Position numbers and translations under genes: made by a program. Of a stretch of DNA of 64,000 nt, positions 52,081-64,000 are shown piece by piece. Numbering within the stretch: the first letter of the stretch is position 1; each line of letters opens with the position of its first letter. The notes beneath the pieces are model-generated. The model did not search any database. It was not told where the DNA came from and saw only the letters and a program-made list of their open reading frames with translations. Origin of the DNA: Octopus vulgaris (lineage: Eukaryota); the NCBI GenBank assembly GCA_951406725.2, contig OX597820.1, positions 39,060,001 through 39,124,000 of the forward strand, given 5' to 3'.

Positions 52081-53562
52081 TTCTCTTGGGATAATTATCT
52101 GCAGTAGACTTGCTTCATTTATAATATTCAAGTTGGATAGTAAAGTAAATAAAGAAATAAAACTATAAGACAGATAATAGAATATTATCGTAAATACCTA
52201 TGTGTCCAGAGATAATTTCGAAGCCAGCGCATACAATAAAATTTATAAACTAATAGCTGCATATTTTCTTATTTCTTTTTCCATCCTATGAATTCTGTTC
52301 AGGCGGAAGAAAAGACAATAAAACTTAAATAATCTTCTTTCATATTCAGCAGGATTCACAAAAGGAAAATATTGGCATATAATTTTTCCCTTTGTCACTT
52401 GCTTTGCTTTGGATAAGAGGAAATATTTATTGAAAGAATTTAACTAAACAGAAACTATTAAAAAAAAACAATACATACTTTTTCTTCTTTTGGTGATAAT
52501 CAGTATATTTACTTGTTTAAAAGGGTGTTCTATATTACAATACAACTAACCAATATATAACTCTAGCAAATAGACAATACAATCATACACAAACATGTAA
52601 ACAGAGGCACGAATACACACATGCACGCACGCATATATTCACAAATATATATATATATATAAGAAACGGGTAACAAACATCTTGATGGATGTTCATAATC
52701 TTATATACTTAACAAAGTACTAGTTCCATACACATTATATACATACATATACTTTTTACTTTTCCCATATATGTGGTCGGTAGGTGTGCATGCGTTTCTC
52801 TGGGTGTATTTACCTATGTATGCAATGCTGTGAAATCATTAGAGGATCGAATAAATTTTCCCGTCATAGTTATTTCAGCTATTTGCGTTCTCAGTTCTCA
52901 TCCGGTCTAGACCAACTTTGTTGTCATCTTTTCTTGATCAATAGAATAATACTGGGGGCGATTTTAAACGATTGTTCGATCGTTTCCTCCTTCAAAACAT
53001 ATAGTCTCTTAGTATAAACAACACAGAATAGTACTTAAACAGATGGGAACTTACATTGCGCTCTCTTCGTTCAAATCTAGCGTCAGTGTAGATTAAGTTT
53101 AAGAATAATCCTTATCAACCTGTTAGGAAGGTAGGAAGACTGCGAAACACTGTTGGACTTCAGTTGTATATTTATATGGAGTTCAGAGTACCGATTACAG
53201 AGCCAAGAAAGCAAACATACATCTATACTTATGTATACTTTACTGTTTCACAGCAATGGACTGTTACTGAACACCAGCCTTTGATGCAGAATCTATTCGG
53301 AAATTATGCACAATAAAGCGAAAAGACTGTATCCCACATCTTATAGTGTTTATTTCGGGTTAAGAGTTTTTATGATCAGTAGTCACCAGCATAATTTCGA
53401 GAAAGAACTGAAGAAAAGTAACTAAAATACTCTAGTAGTATATTAAAGAAACAGAATGCCAATAGAAATATATGTAAATGGAACACCCAAACTTCCCCTG
53501 TGCCTTGTGATATGGATGAAGCGTTGAATTAACAAGAATACAAGACATAGTGCTATAACGCG

Positions 53563-53821
53563 ATTTCAGTCAATCCTGTAACTTTGTTGATGTCAATTGG
53601 ATTATATTTTTTAGAGTACGCTGCTGCACATATTACATTCACGTATTGAATACTTAATAAGAAATGTATTTGACAGGAGCATTAGCATCGAAAACTGTCT
53701 TGGAATTTAGATGTAAAAACATATCAACATTCACAACTTCAATTTCTCTTTGGGTATATTTACTGGCTCTCTAGTTTCCAGTCTATCTCATTCTGCATCT
53801 ATGTATTTATCGCTTAATCTT
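53563..53821 (-). repeat. Right arm of a ~250-bp inverted repeat
   Basis: TTGTTGATGTCAATTGGATT...GAGTACGCTGCTGCACATATTAC...CTGCATCTATGTATTTATCGCTTAATCTT mirrors 51829-52066. Confidence 0.9.
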
Positions 53822-54884
53822 CCCGCAAAGATTATTGCCAGGCAGCTTGTCGAAAGAAATAATTGTTTTAATATGGTTATATTTATGCAGGAAGGCAACG
53901 GGTACAGAATTTAGACTGCTCCTCAGAGCTGAGAGTTTCGTATTGGTGTGAACTGCACTTACATTGAATGGTGCATTTGTTTGTTAGGTGGCACAAGTCA
54001 TTAGTGGATATTAGTGTGGGTACTATTTATAATTTAAAGATAGGGACCCAGCACCCTCACCAACACCTAAATGCACCCCCTATTGGATTATTTATAGGGA
54101 ACAAAATAGCATTTGTTATCTAATCATGAGTGACGATTTCTCTTTGCGTATGTCGCTACTAAGCATGAGGTATCCAAATGGTGCTGAGCGTTTATCTTGG
54201 TCAAAACTGAAAACAAAATAAATATAATTTCTCAAGTATCCCCCTTTGTATTACGTTCTTCAATGGTTAATAAATGGATATTTCTATGATACTGAAAGCA
54301 AATTATACGCCTGTTACTCTCCAATCATAACCCTCCTTTTTCGACAATTTAAATAGTATTTATATTTAAATGGAGAATATTGCCAAATTTCTCCCGAGGA
54401 TTTTAATTACTATTAATTACATTTGCAATATTTTAATGTGGAGAATTGATATTTATTGCAAACAACTAAAACAAACTTAGAAAGCTAACATATGTTGGTA
54501 GTACTTTATCTTTGCTTCCTTCTCATCAATTTATTTATTATTTTAATTATTCCAGATATAAACTAGATTATGAAGAGTAAAACTTTTATGAAATAATATT
54601 CATTTCTAAGATATACACAAGGGTACAAATTCGAGAGCTTTCGAATAATCAAACAAAACAATGTCTACATCTTTCAAGGCATTGCTGTGGTCAATTAACC
54701 GAAACAAAACAAATAAAAGATACTTTTCTTAAAAATTTTAATTCATAATACACCTAGGGAGAAACATGTTGGTCAAACCGTGGCAATGGTAGCAGACACT
54801 TACAGATGTTGCTGGGCAGTGGGATCTCACAAAAAACAACATGGTTGAAACGCTAACTACTTATACACACTTAAGTGACCTTGT

Positions 54885-55072
54885 ATCAGTCATTTGACTG
54901 CAGCCATGCTGGAGCACCGCCTTTAGTCGAGAAAATCGACCCCAGAACGTATTCTTTGTAAGCCTAATACTTATTCTATCGGTCTCTTTTGCCGAACCGC
55001 TAAGTTACGGGGGCGTAAACACACCAGCATCTGTTGTCAAGCGATGTTGGGTGGACAAACACAGACACACAG

Positions 55073-55149
<77 letters not shown>

Positions 55150-55310
55150 CGACGGGCTTCTTTTCAGTTTCCGTCTACCAAATCCTCTCACAAGGCTTTG
55201 ATCGGCCCGAAGTTATAGTAGAAGACACTTGTCCAAGTTGCTTCGCAGTGGGACTGAACCCGGAACCATGTGGCTTGTAAGCAAGCTACTTACCACACAA
55301 CCACTCCTGA
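54885..55310 (-). mobile_element. SINE family A, near full length
   Basis: CAGTCATTTGACTGCAGCCATGCTGGAGCACC...GCAAGCTACTTACCACACAACCACTCC. Confidence 0.9.
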
Positions 55311-55639
55311 CCTGAGGTAAATGAAAAATAAAATTTGCGGCAATGAAGTGTGAACCCAAATAGTAAAGTGGCATAACTAAGCATCATAACCAATTTTTTC
55401 CTGCAAACTTGATTCTTTGATTATGCGAGACCACTTTTACATGTGTGTGAGTGTGTGTGTGTGTGTGTGTGTAATGGACTCATCCGTCAAAGACGACGTA
55501 TGAGAGTTCTGTTTTTGAACGACCTGCAGAAATGATTTGTTAATAGTGATCAAATATATATGTTTACATTAGCTCAATCCTTCCAGCAAATCAATGTTAC
55601 CTGAACAGGTTTACCGTGTGGTGCCGTGTACCAGGCTTC

Positions 55640-55775
55640 AGGTGTCGAAGTGATCGCAGTGCAACGTGAGATGAAATGTTTTGCTCAAGAACACAATGCA
55701 TCATCCGATCTAGGAATTGAAACCACGATCTCTCTCCATCGTGAGTGCAGCAACTTAACCACTAAGTTATGCGCC
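55640..55775 (-). mobile_element. SINE family C-related head
   Basis: AACGTGAGATGAAATGTTTTGCTCAAGAACACAA...GGAATTGAAACCAC...TAACCACTA matches 35700-35810. Confidence 0.75.
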
Positions 55776-58700
55776 CTGTTATATGCATGTTACGTATAAA
55801 AATGTATATGTATGTTGCCCTGAGTGTGTATATGTACTTAAGTATGTACACATATAGGCTACCATAAACATTTCTGAAAACTACACAAAATGACATATTC
55901 AGCAGGAGTGAGATTATTTAATTTATAGACCTGAAAAGTTTTATGTATTTCTTCAAACGACTTTCATGTTCATCAAGGACTGACGATGAAATGCAATTAT
56001 GTTTGGCCTTATATTGTCAGGTTTCCTCCTGAAGACGTGCTTAAATCTGCTACCGAGAAGAGTTTTAAATTTATATTATGTGCGACGAAAGAAATTTGGT
56101 TATAGAAAATACTGGTAAAATAAGATAAGATAGCATGAAATTCTGACCCCATAAAAGTGTCAAGCTGAGATATTTTAGAACCATAAGTGTATTGTAAACT
56201 GACGTAGGGAAACCATAAATATATTATAGCCAGAACAACTTTTGCGCCGATATCCGTTTACAAAATATCTAATACTCATATAAAATAAGTTCGGAATCTC
56301 TTTTGTATTGTAAATGGCAAGATTAACCTATAAACTTCAGTAGCAATGATGATGCTTATCATAACATATTCGTTTGTAACACATTTTTCGTTATGCTCAC
56401 CATAATAATCTTAAATTAGCTAAAGATATTATTGATATCTCAATTCGATCGGAAACAGAAAATAGTAATAATATAATTATATTCTTTATATTATATATTA
56501 TGTTTCGTAGACTACATAAATGTGGCATATATTTTTTCTGTTAATGTCCGACTGGTATTAACTATAACTTATATACTACTAATTAGTCTAGAACAGGCAC
56601 CTCACATTAACTAGACATTAAATATTAAATTAAAGATGAAAAATTCTTTGATATATGGTTTTACGTTCACTGCAAGTGTATTAATTTTGCATATGTATAT
56701 AGTGATATCTCACTACAGTGAGTTGCAATTCACCAAAGTTTAGCCTGTGGGAATATATTTATAAAGATACTTGAGTTGTTGAATAAAGCTGACACATTTT
56801 CTTCAGCACTTTCGTTATCAACTTTAACATTAGAAATATATATTGAAAATCATAAATCTTCAAGTAGATCTCATTAAAACACATTGTCTTTGATTACAAA
56901 GCCTAACGTAATTCTTTATTTTGTTCGTTATCACCGTAATTCTGCTCTCCAGAGTTCGTAAAATTCAACAACAAAGATCTTTACTGCCAAAACAATTCGG
57001 AAATTCTTTAGCTCTGTGATGATCAAGGCTAAGCAATTTCCATATATCTATTAATTTACTGAGTCTATGTGTACATCTACCACATCACAATAATCTACCT
57101 AGTGTACTGTATTAAATATGTTGGTATTGATTGATAGTTACTTTTAATAATGCATAACAGCTTTTGAGATTCAAACGTACAATTCAACTTTGTCAGTCTA
57201 CAGATACAAAATGGTTTCTTTTCACCACTACCAAAAGAAACGTACTATAACTAAATATTAACAACTTCATTTAACTTTGTATCCCTAGTTCAGAATATTT
57301 TACAGTGGGTGTTGAATAATTTTTTCTAACTTGATGGAATAGTTCCTGCCAATATACGTTCAATTGTAGCATTTGATCTTTATGTTTATTTATGTAGATC
57401 TGGAAATGTCGTAGATGGCTGAAGCTTGGACAGGCCGAACTACTAGCTAAATAGTGAAAAATTTATATCTTTGGACATTTACTGACTAAATCTACCTACA
57501 TGAAATATATGCTGTTGCATGGTATTGAGTTTATAAAACGTGGTTTCTATTAATGGGTTAGTCTTTTCATCGTCGAGCAATCACTCAATCAGCTAGAAAA
57601 AGCCTGCAAACACCCTCTAATTGTACTGAATAGAAAATGGTATACTTGATAACATAGTTGCAAGTGCACTGTGCTTTGAAAACAGACAGAATGACCATGG
57701 ATATAATGCCTCTCATCATAGGACAACTTGGCAGGGGCTTATTTTGGGCGGATTATCAAAAACATGTCAGTGCAGTTATCATTAGAGACACTGTGATTGA
57801 TAGATGGTTTCTTACTCATATCACTTAGAAGATTATTGAAACTCATTCGATGTTTTGTACACAGAAAATTATGCGATGGTTAGTATTCCGGTTCATACAG
57901 ATCAACAAGACAGGTCTCTGTTAGAGATGTTTTTTTTCTTTGAATAAGGTATTGACTATTTGAGATTCCATATTTGCAGGCCATTTATTCATATCTAAAT
58001 ATTTTCCAACGAAGAGCCAGCTAGAAAACTTTTGCAGTAGAACATATCAGCTAAGCATATTGCATAGTGTTGATGGTGGAGGTGAAGGTATGAATATGAT
58101 ATAATATTGACTGGGCCCATCTTGCTTGCATATGCTGCTAGCTAAAACTAAATCTATTGGTCTATAGAAATATAAGGATCCGTGGTAAGAATATGTCAGA
58201 CTTATCATATATTACTCTTTACAATTCATCCCTACATTTCAGAATGGGAAGTATTGGCTTCAGATAAACAAGGGTGTCTAATATCTAGAAAATCTGTTTG
58301 ATGTGCCGAGTTGCTCTGTCGACTTCTGGCATGTCATATAACAGATCTGTTCTGAGGCTACACAGCAATAACAAGGACGGCGATGAAGACAAAGACGATA
58401 ACAAGAACAGTAGCAGCAGTGAAATATTATTCAATGTTATTGCGCCTTTGAGACAGAGATGTACGGTGATTTATTTCAATTTAAATCTGGAATTATTGCA
58501 CTCTCGGAGGTTTACTGCCAAACCAATGCCATGCAGGTTAAAAGGAACTGGTTACCAACTTCTTGATGGATGACCATAATCTTATCTACTTAACAGAGTA
58601 CGAGTTCCATACACATTATTGAAACTTACACCAACTTTTACGACAAGGAAAAAAAGGAATTATCATGAATTCTGAAATATTAACAAAATTTTTCATTTCA

Positions 58701-59610
58701 TAGTTGAAGAAAATTTTCGAAATGAAAGAAAGAAAAAAAGAGATTAGTAGCAGAAATTTAATATTTAACTCACCGGTTTGTGATGAAAATATAGCAAACA
58801 TGAATGCTTTCCACTATTTCATTGTAATACACACTTTAATCCTTGTCATTCGAACACTCTCTAGTTCGTATATTGTACATAGGTGCAAAAAAGACTGGTA
58901 TAACTCATTCAGTATTGACAGCTAGTAACAACATAACTTATTACTTATAGAGTCTTGTTTCTGCTTATAACTGCATTTATCACACGGTACCGTGTCTCGA
59001 TACTGCTAGATGGAATAAACTAAAATAGAAACAATATCTTGGTTATGAACTAAATTACGAATGACGGTGTTGAAATTCTTAGTAAGTATACTGATTCATT
59101 TATTATTGATCTATTTGCCCTTTAACTATTAAAAATTATAAATTTTATTATCCACATTACGTGTGTCTCAACCATTTCTAAAGATGACTTTTGAAAAACA
59201 CTGTCCGTTGATTCTGTAAAGGAAAATAACCACCTGCTTCATTATGGTCAGTATGTAGCAGGACACTTTAGTGTAGCACAATATAAAACGGTCGGATATG
59301 TGTTGCAAAGATATCCTAATAGAAATATGTTTCTGAATATTTGAATTTAATTAAAACTGAACGGTTCTAACACGAAGGAATTTTGGATATAAATTGTTTA
59401 AGAACAGGAAATCCTTTTTTTTTAAGTATCAAGTGGTATTTCCAAGTTTTTCCTATGTCGGAATAGTGCTTATCCTTAAATATAACTAATCATTTTGTGT
59501 AGGATGGTAATTATTTTGTCACAGTTACGAATAAATACACAAACACGCACAGATATATATATATATATATATATATATAGATATATATATATATATATAT
59601 ATATGGGTGT

Positions 59611-59697
<87 letters not shown>

Positions 59698-59699
<2 letters not shown>

Positions 59700-59785
59700 C
59701 ATCCTTTCTGTCTCGGGAGACAATGGAGTTGCGCATGAAGTAGTCTAGTCCGGCTTTTATATTTCATGTCCTGATACATTTCCTG
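59698..59785 (-). mobile_element. RTE-type 3' tail fragment
   Basis: Minus strand GCGCAACTCCATTGTCTCCCGAGACAGAAAGGATGCC then (TA)n; resembles recalled RTE 3' ends with a terminal hairpin. Confidence 0.5.
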
Positions 59786-60739
59786 CTGTGGCTGTGTAGT
59801 CCTATCATTTCCTGCTGCTGATGATGATGATGAATATTAGTGGTCGAAAATAAACATTTTAAATAAACGTAGGCAAAAGAATGAAAAAAAAAATAAAATC
59901 TAATAATATATATATATATATAATATTAATAGTTATTGCCAAGCTAACATAGCAGTCCAGAAAAATAGGACGAATGCTGCCGTTGATTAGCTCCAAGATG
60001 TCATCACCTCTAGCTAGCTATGTGACACAAACCTGTGTCCATTAAACCGTCGAAAGGGGAGGTTAGCAACTTCCCCTTGGTGGTCTGGCAACCACAGACT
60101 ATGTGGAGTAGCCGAACCCAGCAGGCGTCGCTGCTGACCGATTGTTCGTGTATGTATATACATACATACACACACATATATGTATATGTGTATATGTATA
60201 CACGTATATATTCAAATCTTTCGCTGTCTCTTTCTCTGTTTAAATACATTTATATATTATTATTATCATCATCATCATAATCATCATCATCATCATCGTC
60301 ATCATTATTATAATCAAGGATAAAAGCTATACAGGATTTTATCAGGTAGCTAGCATGTAATACTTTTTAGGTATAAATTAATACAGTTATATAATTTTTT
60401 ATAGAAATTATAAGTGCAAACTAAACTGTAGTACCACATGCTAGAAGAAGATGTCAAATGACCTAGGGTCTCTTGATATCTTCTTCTAGTATGTGGCACT
60501 ACCATATAGTTTGCTCTTATTATAACTTATATGTTTGTGTGTGTGTTTGTGCGTGTGTGTGTTTGTGCGTGTGTGTGTGTGTGCGTGCGTATATGTGTGC
60601 GTGTGTGTTGGTGTGCAGGAAGTTTGAGTTAAATTTGACGATTGGTTATGTTCCCTTTTTCAGGAAAGCTTCTTCTATTGGTGAACTGTCAACGGCGTTG
60701 AAGAACATAACAATTAAAGGCGTAATTGAGAAAAGTTAG

Positions 60740-61000
60740 CTGTTATGGAGGACTGGAAGCCATCAGAATATTGGAAAAGATTTATTTGTATCATGATGAT
60801 TTAAACCCGACATCTAATTGCCGACACCACGGCTGCTGGGGCCAATACTATGTGAACTGTATAAAGTTTGTAAGACGTGACATGGAGAGCTGCAACTGAG
60901 ATTACAAAGCTGTGGGTAGCAGTAAAGTATTCACCAAATGTTCTGACTGCAACTTCACGCCGGAATTCCGCACCATATCTTTGAACAGGCCCTTAGACTT
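60740..61000 (+). mobile_element. Decayed RTE LINE C-terminal fragment
   Basis: MEDWKP... and YKVCK/RDMESC scraps (cf. RMEDGRIPK...RYKDVCKRDM). Confidence 0.5.
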
Positions 61001-61519
61001 TATTCAGACGGCTATATGAAGCTGCTGGAGGTTGTTGTCGGTCCCTGACGGGAAAGGTTTACTGTTGTGAAGGCCATACGTCTGGCAGCAGGATTTGATG
61101 CCTTGCCATACCTCTGGAAACATATGACAAGGAAGCAATTATCAGAGAGTTTCTATGACGTCTCATGCCCTAAGTTCATGCCACCTAATTATCCCGATTG
61201 TAATTTCATTAAATATTGTTTTCCCACATACGGTTGAGTAAAACACCAGCTTCTTGGCCTAGAACCCCAAACCCGAGCTGGTGGTTAACGTCAAGGTGTT
61301 CCCAAGAACACAGTGAGAAACGCATGTGCAAGTATCCGGAGCCGTCTTGGTGCTACAAAAGCTCAAAACGACTAGTTTCATTAAATTGTTATTTTTCAGC
61401 CATGACATACATGAGATATACTTTTTTTGAATTTTCAGAATACAATAAATTTTTTTAGTAGGCATTGTTTTCTTTCTTTCTATGGAAACTGAAATTTAGC
61501 CCGAAACCCCTGTATATAG

Positions 61520-61554
<35 letters not shown>

Positions 61555-61572
61555 TGTATGTATGTATGTATG

Positions 61573-61649
<77 letters not shown>

Positions 61650-61670
61650 CTCTATCTATCTATATATAAA

Positions 61671-61845
61671 CAACTTATAAATAAGAGCAAAAGAAAAGAT
61701 TTATAATGCCAAATATGCCAAAATTGGACATATAGATATAGCTATATGGTTATATTGTCCATAACCATTATATGGTTATGGACAATATGTCCAATTTCGG
61801 CATATTTGGCATTAGGAATTTTTTCGTTTGCCCTTATTTATAAGT

Positions 61846-61847
<2 letters not shown>
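61671..61847. mobile_element. Palindromic (fold-back) element, family copy 2
   Basis: CAACTTATAAATAAGAGCAAA...TAATGCCAAATATGCCAAAATTGGACATAT pairs with ATATGTCCAATTTCGGCATATTTGGCATTA...TTTGCCCTTATTTATAAGTTG; microsatellites on both sides; homologous to 801-966. Confidence 0.8.
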
Positions 61848-61894
<47 letters not shown>

Positions 61895-61987
61895 AAATAT
61901 GTATATATACGTATAGATATATACATATATATATATATATATATGTGTGTATGTGTATATATATATATATATATGTGTGTATGTATA

Positions 61988-62042
<55 letters not shown>

Positions 62043-62104
62043 GTATATATATGTATATATGTCGATATATCTATATCTATATCTATATCTATCTCTCTAT
62101 CTAG

Positions 62105-62182
<78 letters not shown>

Positions 62183-63649
62183 ATAAAACAATGACACTAT
62201 ACTTACGATATAGAATCAACTTCGTTTTCAATTTGTCTAGCTCTAATATGATTCGCATTCACACATTTAAAGTAAAACGACAAATAATTATTTACTGTAT
62301 TCACATTTTACACAGTAGACAAAGGTTTCGATTATTCCAAGGTGACCTATATCCTTAAACTAAAGATCAATATTGATTTAAGCAGCTTAAAAGTCTCTCT
62401 GACAAAAATTAAATCGATTTCCATACTCTTAATATAATCCTTTATTTCTTAAGAATGAAGAGATAAAGTGGAAACAATGGCAGCAGAAAGAAGAACAACA
62501 ACTGCAGCAACAACAACCACAACAACAACAACAACAACGAAAACAACAGTAGCACCAACTGCAATTGCCGTTATTTTTGTATATTTTTTAACATTTATAT
62601 CTTTTCCGATTATATATAGTAGTATATTGTTTATTTTTCTCATACGTCATGGTTTATATCAGCGGAATGATTCTTTAAGCCAAATGTTTGATAAGAAATT
62701 CCAATTCCAGTTGGCAATCATTCATTATAGTTAGAAAACATTTCCCCATCTTCCAATAAACGTATTACTATTGATGGCTTAAGCGGCAACTTCGTTGACG
62801 TGTATATAACTGTCTTTGCTGCAGCGTTATTGGAATTATGGGGTTACAAGATGGTAGTGTAGAATAGTTTTCTCTTTTTTATTTCATAACAATTTGATAT
62901 GAGCTTAAAGCTGGATTCAAACTAATTTATCTTTCCAGTGTTTATCAAATAGACTGTAATAAAGGCAGAATAGCAATGAGGAAAGGTTTCCATTTGATAG
63001 AAGTGAAAAAAAAAGATTGTTGTTTTCTTTTCCGGACGAATACAGTAAAGTGTCGTAATCAGTTGTATCAAAATACTCAACCGGAATGCCAGTAGTCTGG
63101 TATACCAGAGACGTAACTATTACATTACTCGAGAACATTTGAAAACGAAGATTATAGGAGATCTGTTAGAACACCCAGGATGCAATTGTGCTGTTCTTTT
63201 CATATCCTTTTAGCAGATGGATGTGAAAATAATGTAAGGAAAACTAGACATGTACTCTGCTTCATTAAAAGAAGGCTGTGCAATGTTCGTATCTACTTTG
63301 AAAAATGGACTTAGCATTTTGTACTCCTCTAACATGCAACATGACTCCGTAGTTTAACGTACTAACTGACCCGAGCCTCCAAAATTGCAAGAAATATATC
63401 ACTAAACAAAATGTTTTCGTTAGAAAATAACATGAAAGGAATAATATACCACATGTGACAATGACATATCAGGAAGATTAAAAATGTCCGATATAAGCTA
63501 CTCTAATCCTAATCCAAATCATTTTGTTAGTCTTTGCAAACTGATATACTAAAACCAGTTACACTGAGATTTGGATTCGGCGAGAGATATACATTAAGGA
63601 ATATTTGTTTTATCATCATTATTTGTAAAGAAGTAATAATCATTTCTAT

Positions 63650-64000
63650 TATAGGTACAAGGATTGGAACTTTAGGAATAGGGGATAGTGGATTACATAG
63701 ACCCCAGTGCTCAAGTAGTACTTATTTCGTCGATTTCGAAAGGCAAGGTCCACCTTGACGAAATTTAAACTCCGAACATAAACATGGACGAAATACCGCT
63801 AAACATTTTGCGCGATGTGCCTAACGACTCTGCCAACTCACCAAATGGAAACGTATCGTAATAAGAATAATGCAGTATATGTCCGAGTTAACTCATGAGT
63901 TACAGATTGTGTATATGATACTAATATTATCTTCTCTAAGGCGGCGATCTGGCAGAATCGGAAGCAGGCCAGACAAAATTTTTAACCGCATTTTGTCCAT
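63650..64000. mobile_element. Two degenerate SINE family B copies (63650-63845 minus; 63938-64000 plus)
   Basis: GACCCCAGTGCTCAAGTAGTACTTATTTCGTCG...TCTGCCAACTCACC and AAGGCGGCGATCTGGCAGAATCG. Confidence 0.7.

Noticed and set aside
59945-59995. Hairpin or twister ribozyme (GCA-GTCC...GGACGAA)
   Set aside because: The loop A geometry and loop B or twister conserved blocks do not fit; it is retained only as an unexplained structured motif.

Overview
This is eukaryotic, very AT-rich, microsatellite-saturated DNA with (TA)n, (CA)n, (TATC)n, (TAC)n and (ATT)n tracts. It is dominated by tRNA-derived SINEs and decayed transposons: RTE-, CR1- and Tx1-like LINE scraps, mariner and hAT relics, MITEs and Penelope-like fragments. 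The repeat families look like those of an octopod cephalopod (inference from recalled repeat families, not a search). Almost all ORFs in the supplied track are microsatellite or repeat artefacts. The only host-gene candidate I can support is one minus-strand terminal exon (5439-5562). The main finding is a near-identical 560-bp tandem array (about 985-4029) that flips into a ~1-kb inverted arm (4031-5033) and is bounded by (TA)n on both sides. Every complete unit carries a type I hammerhead-ribozyme motif (TGAG-CTGATGA-stem II-GAAAC-GTAC-GTT-CTCA) with a palindromic minimal helix III, set inside a unit rich in stems. This is the architecture of a retrozyme or Penelope pseudo-LTR system that could release ~560-nt self-cleaved or circular RNAs. 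At least three more hammerhead-like motifs of unrelated sequence, all more degenerate, occur in TA-flanked elements elsewhere (37932-38032, 43754-43797, 46157-46184). One lies downstream of a clear Penelope GIY-YIG fragment. All alignments and folds were done by eye, and repeat boundaries are approximate.
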